Assembly: GCA_964022095.1 (NCBI GenBank)
Contig: CAXHZO010000021.1
Location: 1-39,064, forward strand
DNA: 39,064 bases
From: an uncultured Arcobacteraceae bacterium
GTDB lineage: Bacteria; Campylobacterota; Campylobacteria; Campylobacterales; Arcobacteraceae
Direction: 5' to 3'
Below, one piece after another: positions 8,972 through 20,160 of the stretch; position 1 is the first letter of the stretch, and every line of letters starts with the position of its first letter. A program made the position numbers and the translations under genes. The notes under the pieces were generated by a model that was given only the letters and a program-made list of their open reading frames with translations, had not been told where the DNA came from and searched no databases.

Positions 8972-10174
8972 ATGAAATACGAAAAGAACTTCTACCAAAT
9001 AAAATCAAATGCGAGTATATTTGACAAGATAGTAAAAGAAAAGGAGACTATAGGTTACTATAGTCTTCCATATCAAGATACTACTGAGATAAAAGAGTTT
9101 GCAAAAACTGTAAAACAAAAAGATATAGTAGTAGTTGGTATTGGTGGGAGTTCTTTGGGAACATATGCTATTCATCAGTTTTTAATGAAAAGTGAAAACT
9201 CTAAGAAGCTTCACTTTTTAGAATCAACTGATCCAGTTGATCTTCACTGGAGACTTAGTAAAGTGGATTTAGATCACGCACTTTTCATAATCATCTCAAA
9301 ATCTGGAACTACAGTAGAAACAATAAGTATCTTAAAATATCTTCATAGTGTAACAACAATAGATAATACAAACACAGTATGTGTAACAGAAAATGATAGT
9401 AAACTAAATGCCTTTGCAAAAGCAAATGATATGAAAACATTTGAAATAGCTAAAAATGTAGGTGGGAGATTTTCAGTGTTTTCTCCGGTGGGATTATTAC
9501 CACTTGCTATCATGGGACTTGATATAGATAAAATTTTAGATGGATGTAAAAAAATAAGCGATAGCTTCTTTGAAAAAGGAGAATACTATGAAACAATCAT
9601 GGAAAAAGCTAGATTTATAGTAGAAAATAAAAATAGATTTAATATAAATGTAGTTTTCTCATACTCATCACTTCTAGATGGATTTAATAAATGGTATGTA
9701 CAACTATGGGGAGAAAGCTTAGGGAAGATAAATATCAACTCAACAAAACAAGGTCTAACTCCAATAGGTATCATAGGTCCAGTGGATCAACATAGTTTCT
9801 TACAACTTATCATGGAAGGTAAGAGAGATAAGACTATGACTTTTATCAAGATAGAAGATTTCAAAGATGATATGACAATCCCTGATATCACTATACCTCA
9901 CTTAGAAGAGCTAGATTATCTAAATAATATTAAGTTCAAAGACCTAATAAACATGCAAGCTGATTCTACAATAGAAGCTGTAAAAAACCTAAAAGATATC
10001 CCATATGATATCATCACAATAAAACAACAAAACGAATACAACATAGGCAAACTAATGTTTACATATGAATTACTTACTTCAATAGTAGGAAGTTTTGTAC
10101 AGATAAATACTTATGATCAACCAGGTGTTGAAGCTGGAAAAATCATATTAAAAGATAAATTAAATAAGAAATAA
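8972..10174 (+). CDS. pgi: Glucose-6-phosphate isomerase
   Basis: GIGGSSLG, SKSGTTVET, VGGRFSV, QLWGESLGK, DQHSFLQL, YDQPGVEAGK. Confidence 0.96.
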   Translation: MKYEKNFYQIKSNASIFDKIVKEKETIGYYSLPYQDTTEIKEFAKTVKQKDIVVVGIGGSSLGTYAIHQFLMKSENSKKLHFLESTDPVDLHWRLSKVDLDHALFIIISKSGTTVETISILKYLHSVTTIDNTNTVCVTENDSKLNAFAKANDMKTFEIAKNVGGRFSVFSPVGLLPLAIMGLDIDKILDGCKKISDSFFEKGEYYETIMEKARFIVENKNRFNINVVFSYSSLLDGFNKWYVQLWGESLGKININSTKQGLTPIGIIGPVDQHSFLQLIMEGKRDKTMTFIKIEDFKDDMTIPDITIPHLEELDYLNNIKFKDLINMQADSTIEAVKNLKDIPYDIITIKQQNEYNIGKLMFTYELLTSIVGSFVQINTYDQPGVEAGKIILKDKLNKK

Positions 10175-10232
10175 TTAAAGAATATAAAAAATAATATTTT
10201 TTATTACAAAAATTATTGAATTTGTTATAAAA

Positions 10233-10315
10233 TGAGTCATTTTTGAGTCATTTCTTTGGTATAATGTCGTAATAAATTATTTTGTAACTATGAAGTAACA
10301 ATCTTTTGTTATAAT
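10233..10315 (+). promoter_or_regulatory. Tandem extended -10 promoters of galE, each preceded by an 11-bp-period direct repeat
   Basis: tgagtcattt at 10233-10242 and 10244-10253, then TGgTATAAT at 10257-10265. gtaac at 10284-10288 and 10295-10299, then TGtTATAAT at 10307-10315. Confidence 0.55.
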
Positions 10316-10347
10316 ATTACATATAAATAAATAGGAATATCACACAT

Positions 10348-11394
10348 ATGAACATACTAGTAACCGGTGGAGCCGGATATATAGGCTCTCACACTTTAGT
10401 AGAACTATCAGCTGCAGGATTTGATTTTGTAGTTTATGATAACCTTTCTAACTCTTCTAAAGAGAGTTTAAAAGCAGTTGAAAAAATCATAAACAAAAAA
10501 ATAGATTTTGTTCAAGGTGATATTAGAGATAAAAATAAATTACAAGAAGTGTTTGATAAATATGATATTGATTCAGTTATTCATTTTGCAGGATTAAAAG
10601 CTGTTGGTGAATCGGTAGAAAAACCTTTGGAGTATTATGACAATAATGTCACTGGTACCCAAAGACTTTTAGAAGTTATGAAAAAAAACAACTGTAATAA
10701 AATAGTATTTTCAAGTTCTGCTACTGTATATGGAGATCCTCAAAGTACTCCTATAAAAGAAGACTTCCCAACAGGTGGAACTACAAATCCATATGGAACT
10801 AGTAAGTACATGATAGAAAGAATTTTACAAGATTTACAAATAAGTGATAACTCTTTTAAAATCGCGATTTTAAGATACTTTAATCCAGTAGGAGCTCATG
10901 AGAGTGGAACAATTGGTGAAGATCCAAATGGTATCCCAAATAACCTTATGCCTTTTATTTCTCAAGTAGCAGTGGGTAAAAGAGAGTTCCTTTCAGTTTT
11001 CGGAAGTGATTATGATACACATGATGGAACTGGTGTTAGAGACTATATACATGTAGTAGATTTAGCATATGGTCATGTAAAAGCGATAGAGTATTTAAAC
11101 AAACAAGAAAAAAATATAAAGCCTCTAATAGTAAACTTAGGGACAGGGAATGGATACTCAGTACTAGATGTAGTAAAAGCGTTTGAGAAAGCTTCAAGTA
11201 AAACTATAACATATAAACTAGTGGATAGAAGAACTGGTGATATAGCAAAATGTTTTGCAGATCCAAGTTTTGCAAAAGAAGTTTTAAACTGGGAAGCTAA
11301 AAAAGATATAGAAGAGATGTGTGCTGATTCTTGGAATTGGCAAAGTAATAATCCTAATGGATACAAAACAAATAAAAAAGGAAGTAATAAATGA
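10348..11394 (+). CDS. galE: UDP-glucose/UDP-GlcNAc 4-epimerase
   Basis: [65 protein letters not shown]. Confidence 0.97.
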   Translation: MNILVTGGAGYIGSHTLVELSAAGFDFVVYDNLSNSSKESLKAVEKIINKKIDFVQGDIRDKNKLQEVFDKYDIDSVIHFAGLKAVGESVEKPLEYYDNNVTGTQRLLEVMKKNNCNKIVFSSSATVYGDPQSTPIKEDFPTGGTTNPYGTSKYMIERILQDLQISDNSFKIAILRYFNPVGAHESGTIGEDPNGIPNNLMPFISQVAVGKREFLSVFGSDYDTHDGTGVRDYIHVVDLAYGHVKAIEYLNKQEKNIKPLIVNLGTGNGYSVLDVVKAFEKASSKTITYKLVDRRTGDIAKCFADPSFAKEVLNWEAKKDIEEMCADSWNWQSNNPNGYKTNKKGSNK

Positions 11395-12590
11395 AAATCG
11401 CCATAGCAGGTACAGGATACGTAGGACTGTCAAACGGAATCTTATTGTCTCAACATAATGAAGTAATAGCACTAGATATTATTCCAGAAAAAGTAGAACT
11501 TCTAAAAAATAAAAAATCTCCTATTGAAGATAAAGAAATAGAAGAATACCTTCTAAGAGATGATTTAAACTTTACTGCTACTTTAGATAAAAAAGAAGCT
11601 TATGAAGGTGCTGATTTTGTAATCATATCAACTCCAACAGATTATGATCCAGAAACAAACTATTTTAATACTAAATCAATAGAATATGTAATAAAAGATG
11701 TTTTAGAAATAAATCCTAATACTACAATGGTAATAAAAAGTACCATTCCTGTAGGATATACAAAAAGTTTAAATGAAAAGTTTAATACAAACAACATAAT
11801 TTTCTCTCCAGAATTCTTAAGAGAAGGTAAAGCCTTACTTGACAATCTATATCCAAGTAGAATAATAGTAGGAGAACAAAGTAAAAGAGCAGAAACTTTT
11901 GCAAACCTTTTAAAACAAGGTGCTTTAAAAGAAAATATTGATATTTTATTTACTAACTCAACAGAGGCAGAAGCTGTAAAATTGTTTTCAAATACTTATT
12001 TAGCTATGAGAGTAGCGTACTTTAATGAACTAGATTCTTATGCACAAGCTCATGGACTAAATACGAAACAAATTATTGAAGGTGTAGGATTAGATCCTAG
12101 AATTGGAAGTCATTATAATAACCCTAGTTTTGGGTATGGTGGATACTGTTTACCAAAAGATACAAAACAATTAAGAGCAAACTACCAAGATGTACCATCT
12201 TCTATAATAGGTGCTATAGTAGAGTCAAATAGTACTAGAAAAGATTTTATTGCTGATAGTATTATTCAAAAACTAAACCTAACTTTGTTTGATCACATGA
12301 AATCAAATAAAACGGTTGGGATATATAGACTTGTAATGAAAAGTGGAAGTGATAACTTTAGATCTAGTGCAATACAAGGAATAATGAAAAGAATAAAAGC
12401 AAAAGGTATAGAAGTAGTAATCTATGAGCCAAACTTAGAAGAGGATGTATTCTTTAATTCAAAAGTAATTAAGAATCTAGATGAGTTCAAAGCTTTAAGC
12501 GATGTAATTGTAGCAAATAGAATGGAAACAATTCTAAGTGATGCAAAAGATAAAGTATATACAAGAGATATATTTAATAGTGATGATTAG
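11391..12590 (+). CDS. ugd: UDP-glucose 6-dehydrogenase
   Basis: [26 protein letters not shown], catalytic [16 protein letters not shown]. Confidence 0.96.
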   Translation: MKIAIAGTGYVGLSNGILLSQHNEVIALDIIPEKVELLKNKKSPIEDKEIEEYLLRDDLNFTATLDKKEAYEGADFVIISTPTDYDPETNYFNTKSIEYVIKDVLEINPNTTMVIKSTIPVGYTKSLNEKFNTNNIIFSPEFLREGKALLDNLYPSRIIVGEQSKRAETFANLLKQGALKENIDILFTNSTEAEAVKLFSNTYLAMRVAYFNELDSYAQAHGLNTKQIIEGVGLDPRIGSHYNNPSFGYGGYCLPKDTKQLRANYQDVPSSIIGAIVESNSTRKDFIADSIIQKLNLTLFDHMKSNKTVGIYRLVMKSGSDNFRSSAIQGIMKRIKAKGIEVVIYEPNLEEDVFFNSKVIKNLDEFKALSDVIVANRMETILSDAKDKVYTRDIFNSDD

Positions 12591-12603
12591 AGGAAAGAAA
12601 TAA

Positions 12604-13653
12604 ATGAAAATACTAGTAACAGGAACAGCAGGCTTTATAGGATATCATCTGGCTTTAAAACTTCTTCAAAGAGGTGATGAAGTAGTAGGTTTAGATAATA
12701 TAAATGACTATTATGATGTAAATCTAAAATATGCAAGATTAAATGAACTTGGTATTGATAAAAAAGAACTTGAAGATAATAAGTTAGTTCAAAGTACTAC
12801 ATATGATAAACATAAATTTGTAAAAATGGATTTATCAGATACAAAATCTATTTATAAACTATTTGAAGATGAAAAGTTTGATGCAGTATGTAATCTAGCA
12901 GCGCAAGCAGGTGTTAGATACTCACTAGAAAATCCTCATGCGTATATAGATTCAAATGTAAAAGGCTTTATGAATATACTAGAAGCTTGTAGACATAATG
13001 AGATTAAAAACCTATCTTATGCATCTAGTTCATCTGTATATGGCCTAAATAAATCTCAACCTTTTAAAACAAGTGATCATACAGATCACCCAGTAAGTCT
13101 TTATGCAGCTACTAAAAAATCAAATGAAATGATGGCTCATACATATAGTCACCTTTATGGTATTTCTACTACCGGACTAAGATTTTTCACCGTATATGGA
13201 CCATGGGGAAGACCTGATATGGCACCAATGCTTTTCGCGGATGCGATACTTAATGATAGAGCAATAAAAGTGTTTAATCATGGAAATATGAGTAGAGACT
13301 TTACTTATGTTGGTGATATAGTTGATGGTATTATAAAAGTAATTGATAATCCAGCAAATAGTTCAGATGACTTTAATTCTGAAAATCCAAGTCCAGATAT
13401 TTCAAGTGCACCATATAGAGTATATAATATTGGGAATAATGCACCTGTATCTTTAATGGAGTTTATAGAAACACTAGAAGATAAACTTCAAATAGAAGCT
13501 AAGAAGAATTTCATGGATATACAACCAGGGGATGTAGTATCAACATATGCAGATACAAATGATTTAATCAAAGATTTTGATTATAAACCGGATACTAAAT
13601 TAGCTGAAGGAATTGAACAATTTGTATATTGGTATAAAGGGTTTTATTCTTAA
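12604..13653 (+). CDS. UDP-glucuronate 4-epimerase (CapI-like NAD-dependent epimerase)
   Basis: TGTAGFIG, LAAQAGVRYS, SLYAATKK, LRFFTVYGPWGRPDMA. Confidence 0.9.
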   Translation: MKILVTGTAGFIGYHLALKLLQRGDEVVGLDNINDYYDVNLKYARLNELGIDKKELEDNKLVQSTTYDKHKFVKMDLSDTKSIYKLFEDEKFDAVCNLAAQAGVRYSLENPHAYIDSNVKGFMNILEACRHNEIKNLSYASSSSVYGLNKSQPFKTSDHTDHPVSLYAATKKSNEMMAHTYSHLYGISTTGLRFFTVYGPWGRPDMAPMLFADAILNDRAIKVFNHGNMSRDFTYVGDIVDGIIKVIDNPANSSDDFNSENPSPDISSAPYRVYNIGNNAPVSLMEFIETLEDKLQIEAKKNFMDIQPGDVVSTYADTNDLIKDFDYKPDTKLAEGIEQFVYWYKGFYS

Positions 13654-15122
13654 TGTTATTTAGTTCATTTGAATTTATATTTATATTTTTACCAATATCA
13701 TTTTTTATTTATTTTTATTTAAATAGAAAAAAATTAGGTGAAGCAAGTAAAGCTTTTTTACTTGTCACATCTTTATTCTTTTATAGTTGGTGGAATATAG
13801 TTTATTTACCATTGATATTAATTTCAATGATTTTTAACTATGTAATAGGTGTAAACTTATCTAAAAATATAGAGAATAGAAAAATATCAAAAAAAACACT
13901 TCTAATTTTCGGTATTATCTCAAACGTATCTTTATTAGGATATTTTAAATATAGTGATTTTTTTATAGATAATTTTAATGGTGTTTTTGGTTCAGAAATT
14001 CCTCTTTTAAATTTAGCTTTGCCACTAGCCATATCATTTTTTACATTTCAGCAAATAGCATATTTAGTTGATAGTTTTAGAAATGAAACAAAAGAATATG
14101 ATTTTTTAAATTATGCTGTATTTGTTAGTTTTTTTCCACAATTAATTGCAGGTCCTATTGTACATCATAAAGAAATGATGCCTCAATTTGAATCTGCAAG
14201 AACAAAAATTATAAACTATAAAAATATAGCTGCTGGCCTTTTTATTTTTTCAATAGGATTATTTAAAAAAATAGTTGTCGCAGATACTTTTTCAGTTTGG
14301 GCAACTAATGGTTTTGATAAATCAGAGACATTATCTTTTATTGAAGCTTGGGTAACAAGTTATAGTTACACTTTCCAATTATATTATGATTTTAGTGGAT
14401 ATACAGATATGGCAATAGGTGCAGCACTTCTTTTCAATATAAAGCTACCTATTAACTTTAACTCACCATATAAAGCTAGAAACATTCAAGATTTTTGGAG
14501 AAGGTGGCATATTACTTTATCTAGATTTCTAAGAGACTATATTTATATTCCACTAGGTGGTAATAAAAAAGGGAAAATAAGAACATACTATAATCTTCTT
14601 GCTACATTTGTTATAGGAGGTTTTTGGCATGGTGCAGGATGGACTTTTATTATTTGGGGAGCTATGCAAGGGATCGCAATTGCAATACATAGAATCTGGT
14701 CTGAGTTTAACATTAAGATACCATATTTTATTGCTTGGTTTATTACAATTAATTTCGTAAATATTTCTTGGGTATTTTTTAGAGCATTAACTTTTGATGA
14801 TGCTATCAAAGTTTTAAAAGGTATGTTTGGATTAAATACTTTTTTACCAAATGGCATGACTATTTCAGAGTTTAATTTAACTCCAGAAGTTGTAAAAAGT
14901 TTTCAATTCATTCAAAACCAAAGTGAATTTGATTTAAAAGTATCATTAATAATTGCATTAATAACTTTATTAACAACTTTTTGGATTAAAAATAGTATTG
15001 AATTATTAAAAGACTTTAAACCAACTAAACTAAGATTAGTAATATTTATTTTTTCAATACTAATTAGCTTAATTTTTATGAATTCAGTAAAAGAAATGGA
15101 GTTTTTATATTTTGACTTTTAA
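13653..15122 (+). CDS. MBOAT O-acyltransferase (AlgI/DltB/PatA family)
   Basis: LPLAISFFTFQQIAY, FFPQLIAGPI, YDFSGYTDMA, FWRRWHITLS, catalytic GFWHGA, C-terminal FLYFDF. Confidence 0.93.
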   Translation: MLFSSFEFIFIFLPISFFIYFYLNRKKLGEASKAFLLVTSLFFYSWWNIVYLPLILISMIFNYVIGVNLSKNIENRKISKKTLLIFGIISNVSLLGYFKYSDFFIDNFNGVFGSEIPLLNLALPLAISFFTFQQIAYLVDSFRNETKEYDFLNYAVFVSFFPQLIAGPIVHHKEMMPQFESARTKIINYKNIAAGLFIFSIGLFKKIVVADTFSVWATNGFDKSETLSFIEAWVTSYSYTFQLYYDFSGYTDMAIGAALLFNIKLPINFNSPYKARNIQDFWRRWHITLSRFLRDYIYIPLGGNKKGKIRTYYNLLATFVIGGFWHGAGWTFIIWGAMQGIAIAIHRIWSEFNIKIPYFIAWFITINFVNISWVFFRALTFDDAIKVLKGMFGLNTFLPNGMTISEFNLTPEVVKSFQFIQNQSEFDLKVSLIIALITLLTTFWIKNSIELLKDFKPTKLRLVIFIFSILISLIFMNSVKEMEFLYFDF

Positions 15123-16041
15123 ATTATATACAAAGTTATCCTTAGGGATATTATTCAGTTCTATTTTATTGATTATTGGTGTTAACTATCTTTGGAATCC
15201 ATATGGTTTATTTGGTAATGTAAAAGGTAAAGAAATAAAAATAATAGAGTATGAAAAATCGTCTAAATACCTTATGAGTTTTAACTATATACCTCAAAAC
15301 TTTGAAGGTTTATTAGTAGGTCCATCATTATCTGCAAATCTAAATACAAAAAATATTAAAGACTATAAAATTTATAATATTTCAATGGCTGGTGCTAATA
15401 TTAGTGAACTTAAAATGGCAGTAAATAATGTAATAAAATTTGGGAACCTTAAATTCATAATTTTTTGTTTAGATCCATATCTTACAAAAGATTATGGGAT
15501 GAAAAGTTCTCAAATTAATATAAAAGAGTATTGGGGAAGTTTAGGTTCAATTAATACAATAAAATTATTGAAGGCTAATCTAAATAAAAAGAAACAATTT
15601 GAAGATAGCACATACGGATATAATAACTTTAATTTAAAGAAAAAAAAACTTGAACCTAAAGAAGAAATGCTTAAAAGTTTAGAAAAGATTAAATCTGGTA
15701 AATCTAAATTTTATGATTTAAATGAAAAAGCACTTAAAGAAATGCATGAATTAATAAAATATGCTGAATCTAAAAATATAAAATTATTTGCTTATATATA
15801 CCCTAGATACTACGAAGTATATAATTTACAAAAAGAAAAATATGATGTAATTTATAAAAAACAGACTTCTCTATTTAATAATAATTTAACTTTTTTTAAT
15901 TTTAATGATTCTAAATTTGACAAATTAAGAAAGAATTATAATAGTTATAGTGATGGAAGTCATTTAAGTGACAATGGAGCTAAAATGGTTTTAGAAGAAA
16001 TTGAATTTCAATTAAATAAATATTACAAGTCAAACAAATAA
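15112..16041 (+). CDS. Membrane-anchored SGNH-like acyltransferase partner of the MBOAT (DltD/AlgJ-like)
   Basis: Single N-terminal TM ending NYLWNPYG, GPS nucleophile-type motif, C-terminal DGSHLS (DxxH). TTG start overlaps the MBOAT stop. Confidence 0.7.
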   Translation: MTFKLYTKLSLGILFSSILLIIGVNYLWNPYGLFGNVKGKEIKIIEYEKSSKYLMSFNYIPQNFEGLLVGPSLSANLNTKNIKDYKIYNISMAGANISELKMAVNNVIKFGNLKFIIFCLDPYLTKDYGMKSSQINIKEYWGSLGSINTIKLLKANLNKKKQFEDSTYGYNNFNLKKKKLEPKEEMLKSLEKIKSGKSKFYDLNEKALKEMHELIKYAESKNIKLFAYIYPRYYEVYNLQKEKYDVIYKKQTSLFNNNLTFFNFNDSKFDKLRKNYNSYSDGSHLSDNGAKMVLEEIEFQLNKYYKSNK

Positions 16042-17288
16042 TGACTCTTTTAAAAACTTCTATCTTATCTGCTATATCATCTGGCATAAAAATTTTAACA
16101 GGGCTTGTAGTTACTAAAATAATAGCCATTTATCTAGGCCCTGTAGGAATAGCATTACTTGGTCAATTTGCAAGTCTAAAAACAATAGTAACTGCTTTTT
16201 CTACAGGTGGAATAAAAAATGGTATTGTAAAATACATTTCAGAATATAGAGATGATGCAACTAATCGAAATAACTTTCTTATAACCTCTTTTTTAATTGG
16301 TTTTATTTTTTCTATTATTTCATGCATAATTCTAGTAGCGTTTAATGAGTTTTTTGCAGAGAAAGTACTTCATGAAAAAACATATGGATATATTTTTACT
16401 ATATTTGGTATTAGTATTTTTTTCCTTACTCTAAATATTATCTTGATGAGTTTTTTAAATGGTATGGGTGAAATTAAAAAATTTATTATGATAAATATTG
16501 CTTCTAATTTTGTAGGACTAATATTCACATCCATTATGTCAATATATATAGGAATAGAAGGTGCACTAATATCATATGCTACAGGTGAAGCAATTGTATT
16601 AATAGTAACAATAGTAATGATTTTAAAATCAAAATGGTTTTCTTTTGATATTTTAAAAGGGGAAATTGAAAAAGACAATATTACAAAACTCCTAAAGTAT
16701 ACACTTATGGCACTTTTTACTTTAATTTCATTAGCTCTTACTCCCATAATTATTAGAGAATATATAGGTTCATATTTATCATGGGAAGAAGCAGGATATT
16801 GGCAAGCTGTTTGGAGAATCTCACAGATTTATTTAATGGTTTTTACTATGATTTTAAGTATTTATTATGTTCCTAAGCTATCTGGATTAAATGATATTAA
16901 TGATATAAAAAAAGAAATAAAATCTGGATATAAACTATTGATGCCAATTGTAATAACAATAATGCTTTCAATTTATTTTTTAAGAGAATTTATAGTTGAA
17001 TTAATTTTTACAAAAGAGTTTTTACCCGCAATTACTCTTTTTGCATTTCAGTTAATTGGCGATACAATTAGAGTAGCTAGTAGATTAGTAGATAAGCTTT
17101 TAATTGCAAAAGCGAAAACAAGACTCTTTATTTTTTCTGAATTGTTTTTTTCTTTGACTTTTATCACTTTTGCAATAATAGGAATTAATTACTATGGTTT
17201 GATTGGAGTAACATATGGTTATGCATTCTCTTTTTTATTATATTTTATTTGGATTATGTATATGTATAATAGAAATAAGTTAGTATAG
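16041..17288 (+). CDS. wzx: O-unit flippase (WzxE-like translocase)
   Basis: About 12 TM segments, KIIAIYLGP.G..LLGQF, AGYWQAVWRIS, QLIGD. Confidence 0.88.
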   Translation: MTLLKTSILSAISSGIKILTGLVVTKIIAIYLGPVGIALLGQFASLKTIVTAFSTGGIKNGIVKYISEYRDDATNRNNFLITSFLIGFIFSIISCIILVAFNEFFAEKVLHEKTYGYIFTIFGISIFFLTLNIILMSFLNGMGEIKKFIMINIASNFVGLIFTSIMSIYIGIEGALISYATGEAIVLIVTIVMILKSKWFSFDILKGEIEKDNITKLLKYTLMALFTLISLALTPIIIREYIGSYLSWEEAGYWQAVWRISQIYLMVFTMILSIYYVPKLSGLNDINDIKKEIKSGYKLLMPIVITIMLSIYFLREFIVELIFTKEFLPAITLFAFQLIGDTIRVASRLVDKLLIAKAKTRLFIFSELFFSLTFITFAIIGINYYGLIGVTYGYAFSFLLYFIWIMYMYNRNKLV

Positions 17289-17301
17289 AGGTTTTAAAAT
17301 T

Positions 17302-18402
17302 ATGAAAAATATTGTTTTAGTAATATCATCATTTAATACAGGTGGAGCACAAAGAGTTCTTAGTATTATGGCTAACTATTGGGTAAAAAAAGATTATAAT
17401 ATCACATTTGTGACAATTTCAGGCGGTGAAGTTTTTTATCCTCTTGATGAAAGAATAAATATAGTTTCTTTAAATTTAAAATCTGAGTCAAAAGGTATAA
17501 TAAGTGCTATAAAAAGTAATTATATAAGAGTAAATGAATTAAAAAGAACTTTTCAGGAAATAAACCCTGATTTGATTATTAGTTTTATGATTACGGTAAA
17601 TATGATAAGTATTTTAGCTGCTAAATTAGCAAAAAAGCCTATCATAATTTCAGAACGAAATAATCCTTGGAAAATTGAAGTTCAAAGATATTGGAAAATC
17701 TTACAAAAATATATTTTCCCAATCTCCAACACACTTGTTGTTCAAACAGAGAGAACAAAAGATTTTTATAGAAATTATGATCTTCCGATAGTTACAATAC
17801 ATAATCCTTTAGATATAAATAAAATGAATTTAAATGATATAAATATTGAAGAACGAGAGAAAATAATATTAGGAGTAGGTAGACTAGTTGATCAAAAAGG
17901 ATTTGATACATTAATTAAAGCATTTAGTATTTTAGAAAATAAAGAAGAATGGAAGTTAATAATTTTAGGTGAAGGGAAAGATAGAAATAAATTGGAAAGA
18001 CTTATAAAAGAATTGAAAATTGAAAATTTTGTAGAATTGCCAGGAACAGTCAAAAATGTAGATGAATATATGAAAAAATCTTCAATTTTTGTTTTATCCT
18101 CTAAATATGAAGGTTTTCCTAATGTTTTAGCGGAAGCTATGGCATATGGAATGGCTCCTATAAGTTTTAACTGTGATACTGGGCCATCAGAAATTATTAT
18201 AAACAATAAAAATGGATTACTATTAGAAACTAATGATATTGATTCTTTAACAATTTCTTTACAAAAATTAATAAACAATGAAACTTTAAGAATAAAACTA
18301 GCTACAAATGCAATAAATATTTCAAAAAGCCTAAGCGTTTCAAATATAATGAATAAATGGGATAATTTAATTAATAAAATACTCAAGGAAATTAATAAAT
18401 GA
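17302..18402 (+). CDS. GT4 glycosyltransferase (PglH/AmsD-like)
   Basis: GGAQRV, IISERN, GRLVDQKGFD, SKYEGFPNVLAEAM (EX7E). Confidence 0.88.
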   Translation: MKNIVLVISSFNTGGAQRVLSIMANYWVKKDYNITFVTISGGEVFYPLDERINIVSLNLKSESKGIISAIKSNYIRVNELKRTFQEINPDLIISFMITVNMISILAAKLAKKPIIISERNNPWKIEVQRYWKILQKYIFPISNTLVVQTERTKDFYRNYDLPIVTIHNPLDINKMNLNDINIEEREKIILGVGRLVDQKGFDTLIKAFSILENKEEWKLIILGEGKDRNKLERLIKELKIENFVELPGTVKNVDEYMKKSSIFVLSSKYEGFPNVLAEAMAYGMAPISFNCDTGPSEIIINNKNGLLLETNDIDSLTISLQKLINNETLRIKLATNAINISKSLSVSNIMNKWDNLINKILKEINK

Positions 18403-19598
18403 TATTAAAAACTAATTTCTCTTTTATAAAATTATTTATAGGAACTATTACTTTTTTAATTTTTTCAAATTTTATTATATATCAAATATTTATATTAAAA
18501 ATACCTCAATTTATTTTACTTGGTTTAATTTTTTCAATCATTATTGCATATAAAGTTTTAAAAAAAGAAACTATAAAATTCCAACTTTCAGGACTATTAA
18601 TATGGACTTTTTATTATTTTATTTTAGTTTCCTTTTCTTTCATTTTAACAGATCCTGATGACACAACATTTGGTCTTTACAAGAAGTTCTTTGTTTCACT
18701 TTTTGCATTATGGACTACCTACATAATTTATAAATATGATGATTATGAATTATTAACGACAAGAAGAACTATACTTTATACCATGATTTTTTCTACTTTT
18801 TTAGTAATATTTGATTTTATAAACCCTGGCTTTTTCATCTCGGAAGAAAGTGATCGTTATGTTGCAGGTAGAGCAGCAGCAATGTTTTTAAATCCAAATA
18901 TTGCAGGAACAGCACTTATAATTAGTTTAATTTTGTCAATAGACATTGTTCATAAGAAATGGCGTTCTTTAATAATCTTTTTTGTATTTATTGGGGTAGC
19001 TTTAACATTCTCTAGAGCAAGTATTTTAGCATATGTTGTTATCACATTTATTTTAATGTTACAAAGAAAAATAGAAGCTAAAAAAATATTATTAGCAGTA
19101 TTAATTTTAATGATTAGCTTTTCAGTTTTTTTAACTGCAGGTATTAGTTTTCTAGAAAAAAAGGGTATAAACACTGACAATATTTTGGGACGTATAACTT
19201 TTTTTCAAACAGCAGGACAAGAAATTAGAGATTATAGTTATTATGAAAGAAAGATGATTCTAGAAAAAGCCCTAAATATGTTTGCAGAGAATCCTTTAAC
19301 GGGATCTGGTTTTGGGGCAACTAGAACATGGGACGTTGATGTATCAGCTCATAATTTATATGCTGTTCATTGGGCTGAATATGGTATATTTGGAATGATA
19401 ATTCTCCCACTACTATTATTTTTATTATATTGGAAAGCTAAAGGACAAATAAAAAATGTAATCTTTCTTTTTATTATATTTATACTTTTTCGTTCAATCT
19501 TTACACATAATACACTAGATTCTTATTATATACTTGCTTCAATTTCAATAATAATGCTATTAAATTTAAAATCAAGGAAAATAAATGATAAAAAATAA
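18399..19598 (+). CDS. wzy: Wzy-type polymerase / O-antigen ligase family membrane protein
   Basis: Polytopic protein with GRA...FLNPN, LTFSRAS, a periplasmic loop, R..ILEKA..MF.ENPLTGSG and AHNLY. Lies in a wzx/wza/wzc locus. Confidence 0.75.
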   Translation: MILKTNFSFIKLFIGTITFLIFSNFIIYQIFILKIPQFILLGLIFSIIIAYKVLKKETIKFQLSGLLIWTFYYFILVSFSFILTDPDDTTFGLYKKFFVSLFALWTTYIIYKYDDYELLTTRRTILYTMIFSTFLVIFDFINPGFFISEESDRYVAGRAAAMFLNPNIAGTALIISLILSIDIVHKKWRSLIIFFVFIGVALTFSRASILAYVVITFILMLQRKIEAKKILLAVLILMISFSVFLTAGISFLEKKGINTDNILGRITFFQTAGQEIRDYSYYERKMILEKALNMFAENPLTGSGFGATRTWDVDVSAHNLYAVHWAEYGIFGMIILPLLLFLLYWKAKGQIKNVIFLFIIFILFRSIFTHNTLDSYYILASISIIMLLNLKSRKINDKK

Positions 19599-20160
19599 AG
19601 AAGACTATTATGATTATTTATATCATGACAAAATGGCTAATAATAAAAAAAATAAAAAATTAAATATTTTACATTTCTTTGGCTTTGGTGAACCAATTTG
19701 GGTATTTTTAGTATTATTAAGAAAACTAGAATATATAAAGAATTGTAAAAATGGCTTTATATGGAAGATTTATTTCAAAATAATTTATTTTTTTTATATA
19801 AAACAATCTATGAATCTTGATTTTAGTATTCCTTTAAATACTTTAGGAAAAGGTGTTTCTATAGCTCACAGAGGAACAATTGTAATTAACTCAAAAGCTA
19901 GACTAGGACAAAATTGTAGAATTCATGTATGTGTTAATATTGGTGCATATGGTGAAGGGGCACCAAAAATTGGTAAAAATGTATATATTGCTCCTGGTGC
20001 AAAAATATTTGGAAACATTGAAATAGCAGATGATATAGCAATAGGTGCAAATGCTGTTGTTAATAAAAGTTTTACTGAAAAAAATATATCAATTGGAGGG
20101 ATACCTGCTAAAAAAATATCAGATAATGGTTCTAAAGGTTTGGTTCCAAACTATGAATAA
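19585..20160 (+). CDS. Serine-acetyltransferase-like left-handed beta-helix O-acetyltransferase
   Basis: LGKGVSIAHRGTIVINSKARLGQNCRIH, PKIGKNVYIAPGAKIFG, IGANAVV hexapeptide repeats. Confidence 0.85.
   Translation: MIKNKEDYYDYLYHDKMANNKKNKKLNILHFFGFGEPIWVFLVLLRKLEYIKNCKNGFIWKIYFKIIYFFYIKQSMNLDFSIPLNTLGKGVSIAHRGTIVINSKARLGQNCRIHVCVNIGAYGEGAPKIGKNVYIAPGAKIFGNIEIADDIAIGANAVVNKSFTEKNISIGGIPAKKISDNGSKGLVPNYE

Noticed and set aside
10184-10204. Hairpin after pgi as a terminator
   Set aside because: A/T-only stem with a minimal loop. Too weak to call.
20045-20152. 36-aa N-terminal extension of the GT4 in the ORF track
   Set aside because: Lies inside the acetyltransferase gene. ATG 20153 gives the typical GT4 start.
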